A stretch of DNA of 64,000 nucleotides from a virus, in IMG/VR virus record IMGVR_UViG_3300031553_000001, positions 1-64,000 of that record; one strand, 5' to 3'. Every line of letters starts with the position of its first letter. Position 1 is the stretch's first letter. A program made the translations under genes and the position numbers. Below the pieces are notes generated by a model that worked only from the letters and a program-made list of their open reading frames with translations, did no database searches and was not told the DNA's origin. This document shows, piece by piece, positions 48,659-58,094 of this stretch.

Positions 48659-51259
48659 TCAGAATGGTATATGTACTTCACCAGCCAAATTTAGCTTTTC
48701 CATAGCTCCATAATGGCTGCCAACGTCTACATCCGCGTTCAACGGACAGATTAGCCAACTCATGTCGATGTTTGGCATCCACTCAGCACCATACTTCACC
48801 ACATTCTCCATTACATCCACGCACAGCCCAGCTACATCTAGCAATTCACCAGGATACACATCAAACACTATAGAGTCATGCACAGTGTTCACTATCTTAG
48901 TATGCCAACCCCGCTCCAGCATCAGATTGTCAATGATTACCAGGGCCATCACCGTAATCAAACCGGCTGCGCCCTGCACAGGCGTGTTGGCTGCCTCACG
49001 CTCAGCATGCTTGCGCCTGGATTGCTCTGGTGCATCTATATCCGATAATGGCCGCCTGTTTCCAAATGGCGTTTCAATGTAGCCATTCTTACGCGCAAAG
49101 CGCACACATTCCTTCTGGAATTCCAGCACCTCTGGGAATGCTGTGTAGTACTGTTCTTTTATGAGCTTTCCCTCCTTCAATGGAATGTCATATAGCCGCT
49201 CTAGCGTATACTCTGAACCACCATAGAGCATAGTCCAATTGGTCCATTTATATCTATACCTCTCTGGTTTTGTGATCTGGTCATAGGGCTTACCGCTCAC
49301 CATAGCCCCAACCATTGTATGGAAATCCCTGCCACTACGATGGATTTCCAACATAGCCTCACATCTGGCTAGACTAGCAAACACCCGCAGTTCCATACCG
49401 CTGTAATCCACAGACATCACATAGCCGTCATTCACATCCAACTCCAGATTGTCAAACCACCTCCAGTCTGTTGGGATACCTGGAACATACTCGTATTCCT
49501 CACCATTTTTGTTAGACCACGTATGGGTAAACATATTCTTGATCGGCAAACATTCCATCATCGTGCCTGGCTCCTTCTCTGGCACTGGAATGTTCTGTAG
49601 ATTGGGATTACTAGATGACAGCCTGCCCGTCACCACAGTATGTTGACCAAACGATGACCTTATACGTCCATCTGAAGAGGATGCGTATACACCAGTGGCT
49701 GTAGGTGTTATGTATGTACCCAACATCTTTTGGTACATTCCATACATTATCAAATCCGCCACCAGTGGGCACTTATCCTTGTAGATTTCCAAGAATTCGC
49801 GTTTGGTGGACGGATTTCCAGAATCCGAAAAACCTTGCGGTTTGAGATTATACGAGTACTGAAGTGCATCCTTGCGCCACTCAGCAGATTTGGCCCACTT
49901 GCAATATTTACCACCGTATAGCACCCAAGCTTTCTGCTGCCAGCTTCCAGGATTGAATTTGAATTTCTTGGAAGCTTTATGTCGGCATTCCACATAGCCT
50001 TTGACCATTGGATTATTGTCAATAGCCTCCACAGTGTCCATCATCTCAGCAGTATACACGCGCCTGTACCGCTCTGCCATATAGTAATCCACTGCCAAGC
50101 CATTGCACTGCATCCGCGCAATAGTGTTTGATGCAGGCACAAATAGCTCATCATACAAGACTTGCTGCTTGGAAGTCAGTTTACTATACAACAATTTCTC
50201 TAGCTGAAATGTGGCTGCCGCGTCCTTGGCAGCGTATGGCAACAGGACATCTAGTGGAACCTGAGAATAGTTGATCTTGTCACTCTTGGCTACGTAACTC
50301 TTGAGCTCTTTGTCGTACTCGAACATCCCCAGATAGTACCCTGCCAGCCGTTTCAAACCATGTAAGCCAGTCTTGGATTCATATAGAAATGACGCCAACA
50401 TCGAATCGCCTTGGGCATCAAACTCAACGTCCAACAAGGCTTTGCATTGCATCTGGTCGAATTTGATGTTGTGACCAATGATGTGAGGATGAGATTCTAG
50501 AACATTACACATCATATCCAAGGCACCGTCGGATAAAGGTGCCAAATCACCTGGATGATCCACAGGCACTGCCCAGGCTGTATCTGCTGTGGCAAATGAC
50601 ATAACCAACAAGCGCTGATTATTGTCAAAAGCATCCAATGAATTCACTTCTGTATCAAACGCTATGACAGGGGATGCCATCAAGGCCACACACATATGAT
50701 ATATTCCTGGCTTGGAATATACGAATTCGTAGTCATATTCTTGGTCTGCTGATGGAGCAACTCCACTACTCCAAGCGTTCCAAGCTTCCTCTATTCCTTG
50801 CAACCACGTATTTGTGGCTGATTGGTTGCGCAGAATGTAAGCCGGATGGAACAGTGGCACGTATATTACCCCGTCACGCTCCACTACCACCCCATTCCAG
50901 GAAGTGATGCCAGATTCTCCAAGTACCGCCTTCAATGGCGTGTTGCCAAACAGAAGTACCATCTTCGTATTGGATTTGATGGGCAACGACTGGTAGCAGC
51001 ATTTAATGTATTTAGGCTTTATCTTGTTGCCTGGGGGATGACACCTGACTATGTTGGTATATGTAATAGGTGGAAAGCCAAACGACTCTAACGCAGTGCG
51101 CAGTAGCTTACCAGACCTACCCACAAATGGCTTGCCCTGTTTATCCTCTTCGTCACCTGGCGCCTCCCCAACTGCCAGGATTGTATAGTCACCGCCATCG
51201 TCCGGCACTGGACCATTGGACAGCTCCAACAGACCGCACTTCTTGCAATCTGGTTCCAT
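48659..51259 (-). CDS. polA: Family A DNA polymerase with N-terminal UDG-like and 3'-5' exonuclease domains (SPO1-type)
   Basis: GEAPG..HPAYILR; AFDTE, GHNIKFD, YAAKDA; TGRLSSSNPNLQN, DYSGMELR, TVHDS. Confidence 0.95.
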   Translation of the reverse strand: MEPDCKKCGLLELSNGPVPDDGGDYTILAVGEAPGDEEDKQGKPFVGRSGKLLRTALESFGFPPITYTNIVRCHPPGNKIKPKYIKCCYQSLPIKSNTKMVLLFGNTPLKAVLGESGITSWNGVVVERDGVIYVPLFHPAYILRNQSATNTWLQGIEEAWNAWSSGVAPSADQEYDYEFVYSKPGIYHMCVALMASPVIAFDTEVNSLDAFDNNQRLLVMSFATADTAWAVPVDHPGDLAPLSDGALDMMCNVLESHPHIIGHNIKFDQMQCKALLDVEFDAQGDSMLASFLYESKTGLHGLKRLAGYYLGMFEYDKELKSYVAKSDKINYSQVPLDVLLPYAAKDAAATFQLEKLLYSKLTSKQQVLYDELFVPASNTIARMQCNGLAVDYYMAERYRRVYTAEMMDTVEAIDNNPMVKGYVECRHKASKKFKFNPGSWQQKAWVLYGGKYCKWAKSAEWRKDALQYSYNLKPQGFSDSGNPSTKREFLEIYKDKCPLVADLIMYGMYQKMLGTYITPTATGVYASSSDGRIRSSFGQHTVVTGRLSSSNPNLQNIPVPEKEPGTMMECLPIKNMFTHTWSNKNGEEYEYVPGIPTDWRWFDNLELDVNDGYVMSVDYSGMELRVFASLARCEAMLEIHRSGRDFHTMVGAMVSGKPYDQITKPERYRYKWTNWTMLYGGSEYTLERLYDIPLKEGKLIKEQYYTAFPEVLEFQKECVRFARKNGYIETPFGNRRPLSDIDAPEQSRRKHAEREAANTPVQGAAGLITVMALVIIDNLMLERGWHTKIVNTVHDSIVFDVYPGELLDVAGLCVDVMENVVKYGAEWMPNIDMSWLICPLNADVDVGSHYGAMEKLNLAGEVHIPF

Positions 51260-51695
51260 CTACAACCTCCACATCCACTACAGCAGACCACACATCTAGC
51301 GGCCAACAATGTTCTGCAAAGTCCACCAAGATAGGTAAGTCGGGCCAGTCTTGGATATGATACTTTCCAAATGGCCCAGCATCCAAGGCCAACACCTCTA
51401 AGGTAGTATTATTGTCAAACGTCACACGCAGAGTGTCTCCACACTTTACCTTACCTGACTGGTATGCCTCCACGTCCACCGCCACCCAGTTGTATTTACC
51501 AATAGACCTAGTATCATATACCATATCCACCGGATAGCCTGCCTGACCAGCACAATATAGTGGCCCGCCACCGTAATCATCAAAGGTGTAATAGGTGGCA
51601 ACTCCATGACCCAACAACGACGGTATCAACAACAATGGCCATAGTGCGTTCATATTGTCAATCACCAACGCTTCTCTGGCCATAGCTGGTAGCAA
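51189..51695 (-). CDS. RlpA-like double-psi barrel protein (putative lytic transglycosylase)
   Basis: GVATYY, VAVD, CGDTLRV, LDAGP. Confidence 0.55.
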   Translation of the reverse strand: MLPAMAREALVIDNMNALWPLLLIPSLLGHGVATYYTFDDYGGGPLYCAGQAGYPVDMVYDTRSIGKYNWVAVDVEAYQSGKVKCGDTLRVTFDNNTTLEVLALDAGPFGKYHIQDWPDLPILVDFAEHCWPLDVWSAVVDVEVVDGTRLQEVRSVGAVQWSSAGRWR

Positions 51696-52255
51696 TCCCT
51701 TGTTGGTACATCGAATACAAAAACCATACGATATGTAAATTGCGGTTGCAAGCCATCATAAATCCCTACAAGACCATACTCATCACTCGCCGCATATTGC
51801 GTGCGATAGCCTGCCATGTCGAAATGTGGCCCACCGCTACAACGACCAACATCGAAAGTATATGTGCTTATAGTATCACTGTGCATACCACAATTGATGA
51901 CGTCCATAAACACAAGTAGGAATACGCCCGTTGCGTGGTGTGTATGCCCCATGTTATCCACCAAGGCAGCTCTCCATGTGGTTCCTGTCCGAAGCCCCTT
52001 CATTCTGGTCGTGTATGGGTAATTCAAAAAGCGTATCCATTGTGGTGCTGGTGTGGCAGTTGGCTTAGGTGTTGCCGTTGGCCTCACCGTTGGAATCGGT
52101 GTTACAGTCGGAATCGGTGTGGGGGTAGGTGTCTTGTAGCTCTGCACCACCGGCAGATATACCAAATAGTCGTCATCCTCCTGCGCCAGGCTTACCGCGC
52201 AACCCACGCACAGTACACAGATTATCAAAGCCAAACTAACCAATCTCGATTTCAT
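51662..52255 (-). CDS. Secreted protein with YLPVV motif and Pro/Thr linker
   Basis: Signal peptide, YLVYLPVVQ, PTPTPIPT repeats. Confidence 0.7.
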   Translation of the reverse strand: MKSRLVSLALIICVLCVGCAVSLAQEDDDYLVYLPVVQSYKTPTPTPIPTVTPIPTVRPTATPKPTATPAPQWIRFLNYPYTTRMKGLRTGTTWRAALVDNMGHTHHATGVFLLVFMDVINCGMHSDTISTYTFDVGRCSGGPHFDMAGYRTQYAASDEYGLVGIYDGLQPQFTYRMVFVFDVPTRDCYQLWPEKRW

Positions 52256-52441
52256 TTCAAATCTCCTTTATCGGCCTTTTCAAGGTTAATGTGCTCTATT
52301 CCTATGCTTCTTCTTTCGGAAATAAGTGCCTGAAACAACAAGCCGGTTTGATCCATCAACTCCACTGCCTGTTGTTTCAGACTCTTCGCCTCCACCAGCA
52401 ATGCAGTTAGCTCGGCATACAAAGTCTGTTGCTTTGTCATT

Positions 52442-53575
52442 TTACGTCTCCTTTTCCACAGAATCCACCAGCTCCTCAGCAGCAAAGTACAGCTCATCCA
52501 CCCTGGCCTCATCGTTGGGATGCTGCTCTTGGAACCATATATCCAACAATTCCAGTGGATCCAGATTGTCAATACCTGCCACCCTCGGTGATCGTGCCAC
52601 CACTGGCTCCAATACGTCTATCCTGTCCAACAGATAGTAATTGCGGTTGATGGTCTCCCGTACAGTCTCAGCCACCGTGGCCCTGGGAATTATACCATCC
52701 GTGTGGACGCATACACGCACTATGGCATCCTCTACATCATACTCATCCAGCGCATATATCTCATCCCACTCTATTTGGATGTCCACCATATCTCTGACGG
52801 GCACATCCACAAATTCCCAAGACGTATTGTCTATATTCACGTCCGCCAATACAAAGCCCTTTGACCCACCACGCTCACCCCAGTCTATGCGCTCCAAGGA
52901 GCCACAATAGACGGCAGGTGGATTATCAACTACACATTGGCGCCCATGAATATGACCCAAAGCTGAGTAATCAAATACATTGAACAAGTCTGATGGCACG
53001 CAAAGGTCATTTCCTGGTTCCTCTCTATATACATACCCATCATTCAAGCGTAATCCAGGAACACCCACGTGTGCTGCCAATATGCAAGGTGTATTGTCAT
53101 CCGGTGAATCACCCAGCACTTTGTTGATGGCATCATACACATCGGTCAAGTCTTTGTCATAAAACCAAGGCAGCGTCACCACATATGCCTCACCAATCAA
53201 GTGACCAGCTATTTCAGATTCCACTATTATGTCGTGCTTGGCACCCAGATGAGACATCACATCTATGGAATGCGCCCGCCCCTTGCCAGATTTCAACCGA
53301 TCATGGTTCCCCACAACCATTACCATCGGTGCCACGTCAGCTAGTTGTATCATCCGCTCCGCAAATGGAGTCACCAACGTTGGCACAGGAGATCTTGTTC
53401 TGAACGCATCCCCAGCAAAGATTATCAAATCTGGCTGGTATTTTTGGGCAGCTTCAACCACACAGTCCAGAGCATCCAAATAGTCCAGTATCCTGGAATG
53501 CAACCCTGTAGCCGTGTCCAAATGCCCAAAGTTCGTCTGGCCCAGATGGACATCTGCAAAGTGGAGTAGCATCAC
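52442..53575 (-). CDS. sbcD: SbcD/Mre11-like nuclease
   Basis: ADVHLG, AGDAF, GNHD, ALGHIH, YCGSLERIDWGE. Confidence 0.9.
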   Translation of the reverse strand: MMLLHFADVHLGQTNFGHLDTATGLHSRILDYLDALDCVVEAAQKYQPDLIIFAGDAFRTRSPVPTLVTPFAERMIQLADVAPMVMVVGNHDRLKSGKGRAHSIDVMSHLGAKHDIIVESEIAGHLIGEAYVVTLPWFYDKDLTDVYDAINKVLGDSPDDNTPCILAAHVGVPGLRLNDGYVYREEPGNDLCVPSDLFNVFDYSALGHIHGRQCVVDNPPAVYCGSLERIDWGERGGSKGFVLADVNIDNTSWEFVDVPVRDMVDIQIEWDEIYALDEYDVEDAIVRVCVHTDGIIPRATVAETVRETINRNYYLLDRIDVLEPVVARSPRVAGIDNLDPLELLDIWFQEQHPNDEARVDELYFAAEELVDSVEKET

Positions 53576-54048
53576 CGCAAGAACTCCATTATCTCAGCCA
53601 CATCTATGCCTGTAACATTGGACCATACCTCTTCCACCCATCTCTCCACATCCTCCGGTCTCTCAGCAGCTATCCAATCCAGCCACATCAGACAATACAA
53701 CGATATGTCTACCAACAGATCCACAAACGCCAAATGTATCTCATCAGTAGCCAACCTGTGACCAGACATTACCACTTTGGCAATGCCATCAAGCTTCTCA
53801 AGTCTATCAGCCAACTGGCCATACCGGTCAGACTTCCTCATTACATTGTGATATACTCCAGCCTCACCACGCTTGGCCCAGCTACGTCCATACTGAGAAT
53901 CCTTATGCATGTGATATACCAACAGCAACGAAGCCAGTTTCACCATCGGAATAGGGTATGGATCGTCACTTGCATCCGCACACATAGTCATGGCAAACTG
54001 CGGCATGTCATCAGACACTTGCGCAATCATTTCCTCAAGGTTAATCAA
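53572..54048 (-). CDS. Nucleotide-modification-associated domain protein (DUF1599/Nmad1-like)
   Basis: KDSQYGRSWAKRG..RKSDR..DISLY. Confidence 0.65.
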   Translation of the reverse strand: MINLEEMIAQVSDDMPQFAMTMCADASDDPYPIPMVKLASLLLVYHMHKDSQYGRSWAKRGEAGVYHNVMRKSDRYGQLADRLEKLDGIAKVVMSGHRLATDEIHLAFVDLLVDISLYCLMWLDWIAAERPEDVERWVEEVWSNVTGIDVAEIMEFLR

Positions 54049-55600
54049 TTTTCACTCCATTATCCACGTATACATACTGATTGCATCCTTTATGTGGCCC
54101 AGTTGGCACCTTGGTCATGCCAAGCTTGTATTTGGGCAAATCTGGCACCTCCCACATTGGAACATAACTTAAATCAGCCTTGGTTGTTGCATTCATCACA
54201 TCCCACACAAGCGCACTATATTTATCCATCAAGACGCCAGCATACCGTATCATATATCGTGGTATGTCATTTATGCCACGATGATAGTAAAACCAAGGCA
54301 ACCACTCGCCATATAGAATAGAATTCAACATATCACAGTCCACCCCAACCGCTTCCATCGAATAGATGCGTTGTTTTGGATACCTGCAAGGCAGACCTTT
54401 TATTACATCACATCCACCTGTGCGATGCACGCACACGGGACAGTTGCCAAGCCCTATCACATATCTATTATCAAAGTGTTTCAGTAAACGCATTACGTAC
54501 CAGCTGGTAATAGAATCTGTGCAAGACCCACGCATATATGTGTTGCGGTTACCGGAATACTCAATCGCCCAAGCCATATCCACGGACACAGTAATGATTG
54601 CCAGCGTATCCAAGGATGGCCTAATGGCATCAAACCTAGGTGCGCACCCTGGGCAACCGCCGTTCATACCCTTGCACGTACCACACGCCGTGGCCTGTTC
54701 CCACTCCGTCAACAACGGTACATCGCCACGTTTCAGAACGTGCATATGAACCAGCAGACTTAGAATATTTCCAGTACTAGTCTTGTAGCCCACATTCCAA
54801 TCATACACTCTGCAATTGGTTATATCAGATCCAACTTTGTCGCTAACGTCTGCCCATGGCCCCCACTCGGATGGTTCCAATATCTCAGATCTGGATGTAA
54901 TCTCTATATCAGGCACTAAGGCTGCCAATTCATTCCTGGCTCGTACATTGTTCTCATACTCTATTCCCACCACAGCCGCCCACACTTTGACTTCTCTGTT
55001 GGACAACCGTACCACATCCATATATGACTCAAGATTGCCAACAGCTGATAGGAATTCATACAACATATCATCCCTGGTGACACTATCCACATCAATCCAG
55101 CGCACATACGTTTGGTTATAGCTCTCGGCATGTCGAACTATGCTTTCACATTTATGTGTGATATTGTCAACATTAATTCCACGTGGCTTGGATGACTTCC
55201 TATTCCTTATCCGTCTTAGACACCCGTCCACCGATGCCTTCAATATCACAAACATCGGTTTGATACGATGTGATACCTCCAACTCCAATAGGAAATTATA
55301 GAATGTGGATTTGATGGTGGAGATCATCATACCTTCAAACAGCACATCACAATCTGGATGATTATCAATAGCATCCATGATAGCTAACTTGACATTGGCC
55401 ACATTACTACCACCAGGCAACTTATCACAACCATTACTGGTTCGCGTGCTCAAATCATAGTGCCCCACCAACACCCACCCAAAATCGTGCAGCACCGTAT
55501 TCCACTGCTCCACTTCTATATCACAACTAGCCGCTACCATCTGCAGGGGAATAGTAGACTTTCCAGATCCATTGCTGCCTTTGATTTGAACCACTTTCAT
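54041..55600 (-). CDS. P-loop kinase (5-hmU DNA kinase-like) fused to a DUF2284-like Cys-rich domain
   Basis: IKGSNGSGKST, GHY..GCD, VLFEG; C-term CPGCAP, CPVC..C..PCRYP..YSMEAVGVD. Confidence 0.7.
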   Translation of the reverse strand: MKVVQIKGSNGSGKSTIPLQMVAASCDIEVEQWNTVLHDFGWVLVGHYDLSTRTSNGCDKLPGGSNVANVKLAIMDAIDNHPDCDVLFEGMMISTIKSTFYNFLLELEVSHRIKPMFVILKASVDGCLRRIRNRKSSKPRGINVDNITHKCESIVRHAESYNQTYVRWIDVDSVTRDDMLYEFLSAVGNLESYMDVVRLSNREVKVWAAVVGIEYENNVRARNELAALVPDIEITSRSEILEPSEWGPWADVSDKVGSDITNCRVYDWNVGYKTSTGNILSLLVHMHVLKRGDVPLLTEWEQATACGTCKGMNGGCPGCAPRFDAIRPSLDTLAIITVSVDMAWAIEYSGNRNTYMRGSCTDSITSWYVMRLLKHFDNRYVIGLGNCPVCVHRTGGCDVIKGLPCRYPKQRIYSMEAVGVDCDMLNSILYGEWLPWFYYHRGINDIPRYMIRYAGVLMDKYSALVWDVMNATTKADLSYVPMWEVPDLPKYKLGMTKVPTGPHKGCNQYVYVDNGVKID

Positions 55601-55622
55601 TTTGAATTTCCCACTAAAACCT

Positions 55623-56192
55623 CTAAGTACACGCTGTTGGATACCACAATGATATATCCTCTACAAACATGTGGATTATCAAATCTGCCTGTGATCTCCA
55701 TCCAAAGTCATCAAAGGGTAGTTCAATCCAATCCTTCGGATCCAAATGCATAGCGGCAGCACGTATTAAGCGTGTGGACGATTCATACTCCAACTTATGT
55801 GGAGTCCAATACTTTTCAGCATATATACGATGACTCAAAACAGCACGCTTACGTAATGCCTGCTCCATATATTCGGCTGTGGTAGTGATTATTATCATAA
55901 ACAACCCACCACCCATTTCCAATGGAACGTGCTTGATATGATGAAATATGCTTCCCCAGAATCTCATACCTTCCGCTATCCAAAGCGTTTCTCTGTCACA
56001 TACCATATATCGTATTAGTTCTTGTTTACCAGGCAATGTCCTGTATACATCATATAAAGCAGGAAATTCTGGAATATTGTCATAGTTTGGTGTCAACATA
56101 TCACCAAACACTTTACGAATGCCAGGAATATCCAATGATTCCAAATAGGTGGTCTTACCCGTACAATGAGTGCCATAGATGCCAATCAACAT
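55623..56192 (-). CDS. Second P-loop nucleotide kinase
   Basis: IGIYGTHCTGKTT, IAEG. Confidence 0.65.
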   Translation of the reverse strand: MLIGIYGTHCTGKTTYLESLDIPGIRKVFGDMLTPNYDNIPEFPALYDVYRTLPGKQELIRYMVCDRETLWIAEGMRFWGSIFHHIKHVPLEMGGGLFMIIITTTAEYMEQALRKRAVLSHRIYAEKYWTPHKLEYESSTRLIRAAAMHLDPKDWIELPFDDFGWRSQADLIIHMFVEDISLWYPTACT

Positions 56193-56310
56193 AGAATAAC
56201 CCCAATAGAAATGAAAAATGATGGGGTAAAGATGGTGCCTGGGATGGTGGATTGTCATTTCATCCGGTGGCAACTCATCTTTACCCCATACATATTCAGC
56301 TCATACAGCA

Positions 56311-57039
56311 CTACTCCGTTGGCCCGTGGATCAGCGCGTCGCGTGCTGCCTTAGACTTGTACTCTGGCTTCCACTTCGTGATTCCCTTGCTCTTCTGATA
56401 TGCCAGGGTCAAGCGCATGTTGTTTACCAATTCATTGTCATGTTCCTCCCAAGTCACCTTGGCATCCTTGGCCTCCGCCACCTTCTCCTCGAAGGTCAGT
56501 GTCGGCCAGTACTCATGAAATTCTATATATTCCTTGGTCTGAGCTACAGCCTCCATCTCTGCAGTACTCATCAAACGTTGCGGCTTTGCTGGAACCACTA
56601 CAACTTCTTCTGACACGCTATCCGCATCAGCATAGGCCACCACATATGCGTGACCTTTCTTGCGGATTGTCAATGCCCGACCTGCTAGAAGCGCCTGGTC
56701 AACCAGCCCAAACAAGTCCGTGAACTCCAAGACTGAAGGCAACTCCACCGCACCAGGTTTTTCCTCAGTGACTTCCTCAGTCATAGCAGGCTTCCTTGTT
56801 CGAACACGTTTGACAGGCAACGCATCTGGAGCCACTTTCTTGCGCCGCTGCCGTCTGACAGGCTTTTCCTCAACAACTTCTGGTTCCTCAACAACTTCTG
56901 GTTCCTCAACAACTTCTGGTTCCTCAATATCAATGCTTTCCTGCTCAACCTCAGGAACCGTGGTGGGCTTACGCCGCGTCACTTTACGCACTCTTCGCTT
57001 CGTCATTTGATTCTCCTTGTTTTGTTGTGGCATCCTCAC
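56311..57039 (-). CDS. Hypothetical charged protein with EEPEVV repeats
   Basis: 18-nt tandem repeat x3.5 at 56866-56928. Confidence 0.6.
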   Translation of the reverse strand: MRMPQQNKENQMTKRRVRKVTRRKPTTVPEVEQESIDIEEPEVVEEPEVVEEPEVVEEKPVRRQRRKKVAPDALPVKRVRTRKPAMTEEVTEEKPGAVELPSVLEFTDLFGLVDQALLAGRALTIRKKGHAYVVAYADADSVSEEVVVVPAKPQRLMSTAEMEAVAQTKEYIEFHEYWPTLTFEEKVAEAKDAKVTWEEHDNELVNNMRLTLAYQKSKGITKWKPEYKSKAARDALIHGPTE

Positions 57040-57553
57040 ATTTCATCCAATGGATGCACATTTTACAGTCGTTGTCGTTAGCGTCATACAACAAACCGAA
57101 ACACGATGGCCTGTTTGCATCCCGCACTGCTACACATTGCTTACGCAATGCGCAGCGCTTACAGGCTGGATCTGCATCATCGGCCAACCCATAACACTTT
57201 GGTAACTTCTCATCTACTTCATCACTTTCCTCCTGCTCATCTTGAGGATTATCAACGCCACTTAGCAGTTCATTCCCATCCTCATCTATAAAATCAGCTG
57301 CCACCATCAAATCCCATAGCTCTTCGCTGACCTCATCCTCTGGCAAACCGCCACGCAGATTGTCCAACAGCATATCACACAGATCGTACACGTGCGTGTC
57401 CAGTTTGGCGGATATCCCCAGCTCTTCAGCTATGTCCAGTAGAACGCGCTTCCCAAAACGTTTGCCGATTTCACGGTTTGTCATAATTCCTCCATTTCCT
57501 CTTAACGCTACTCCACGCCTGTCGTGCTTCGGCATACTGAATGTGGAGCGCAT
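56984..57553 (-). CDS. Hypothetical protein with two 4-Cys repeats
   Basis: PKCYG..CKRC..C and PSCFG..CKMC..C. Confidence 0.6.
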   Translation of the reverse strand: MRSTFSMPKHDRRGVALRGNGGIMTNREIGKRFGKRVLLDIAEELGISAKLDTHVYDLCDMLLDNLRGGLPEDEVSEELWDLMVAADFIDEDGNELLSGVDNPQDEQEESDEVDEKLPKCYGLADDADPACKRCALRKQCVAVRDANRPSCFGLLYDANDNDCKMCIHWMKCEDATTKQGESNDEAKSA

Positions 57554-58064
57554 CCGCTACTAATTTCCAGTCAATTGTTATGCTTGGCACATCATACACA
57601 TACGAACGCCTAAATGTTCGCAAACGCACCTGATCACACATCCTCTTGTCTGGCCAAAGAATCGCGTCTACTATAGTCCGTTCACCACATTCCAACGTAT
57701 CCAAAAAGCCAGAGAATCTGAGCATGTGCTCTACAATATGTTCTGGATCTGGTGGACCATCACACTCCAAATCATCCAGATCCATCATTTCCTTCTCTGC
57801 ACTACGATGAGTCAAGTAAAACCTGTACTTCAACTCACTAATCCGGTTGTTTAGCATCTGCTTTATAACCGCTAGAAGCTCCCCAACAGTTAGGCCACGA
57901 TCACGGTAGTACATCCACCCATATACCAATTGTTCATATAGCTCGCCTTCCAACTCCTCACGCTCCATCAGAACGTGATCTGTAGCTTTCTTGGCAGCGA
58001 GCCAGTGGATGTATTTGTTGAGTTTATCATACAACTCTTCAACAGACATTGCTGGTTCAGCCAT
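57471..58064 (-). CDS. Sigma-factor-like transcription protein
   Basis: Region-2-like EREELEGE helix; region-4-like LDTLECGERTIV..VADALHI HTH. Confidence 0.55.
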   Translation of the reverse strand: MAEPAMSVEELYDKLNKYIHWLAAKKATDHVLMEREELEGELYEQLVYGWMYYRDRGLTVGELLAVIKQMLNNRISELKYRFYLTHRSAEKEMMDLDDLECDGPPDPEHIVEHMLRFSGFLDTLECGERTIVDAILWPDKRMCDQVRLRTFRRSYVYDVPSITIDWKLVADALHIQYAEARQAWSSVKRKWRNYDKP

Positions 58065-58077
58065 TCTTTCCTCCGTC

Positions 58078-58094
58078 TCTATATAGTAAACTTG
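58078..58094 (-). promoter_or_regulatory. Phage promoter motif upstream of the sigma-like gene
   Basis: CAAGTTTACTATATAGA, then GGAGG RBS. Confidence 0.6.

Noticed and set aside
56866-56928. 18-nt tandem repeat
   Set aside because: In-frame coding repeat (EEPEVV) in a low-complexity linker.
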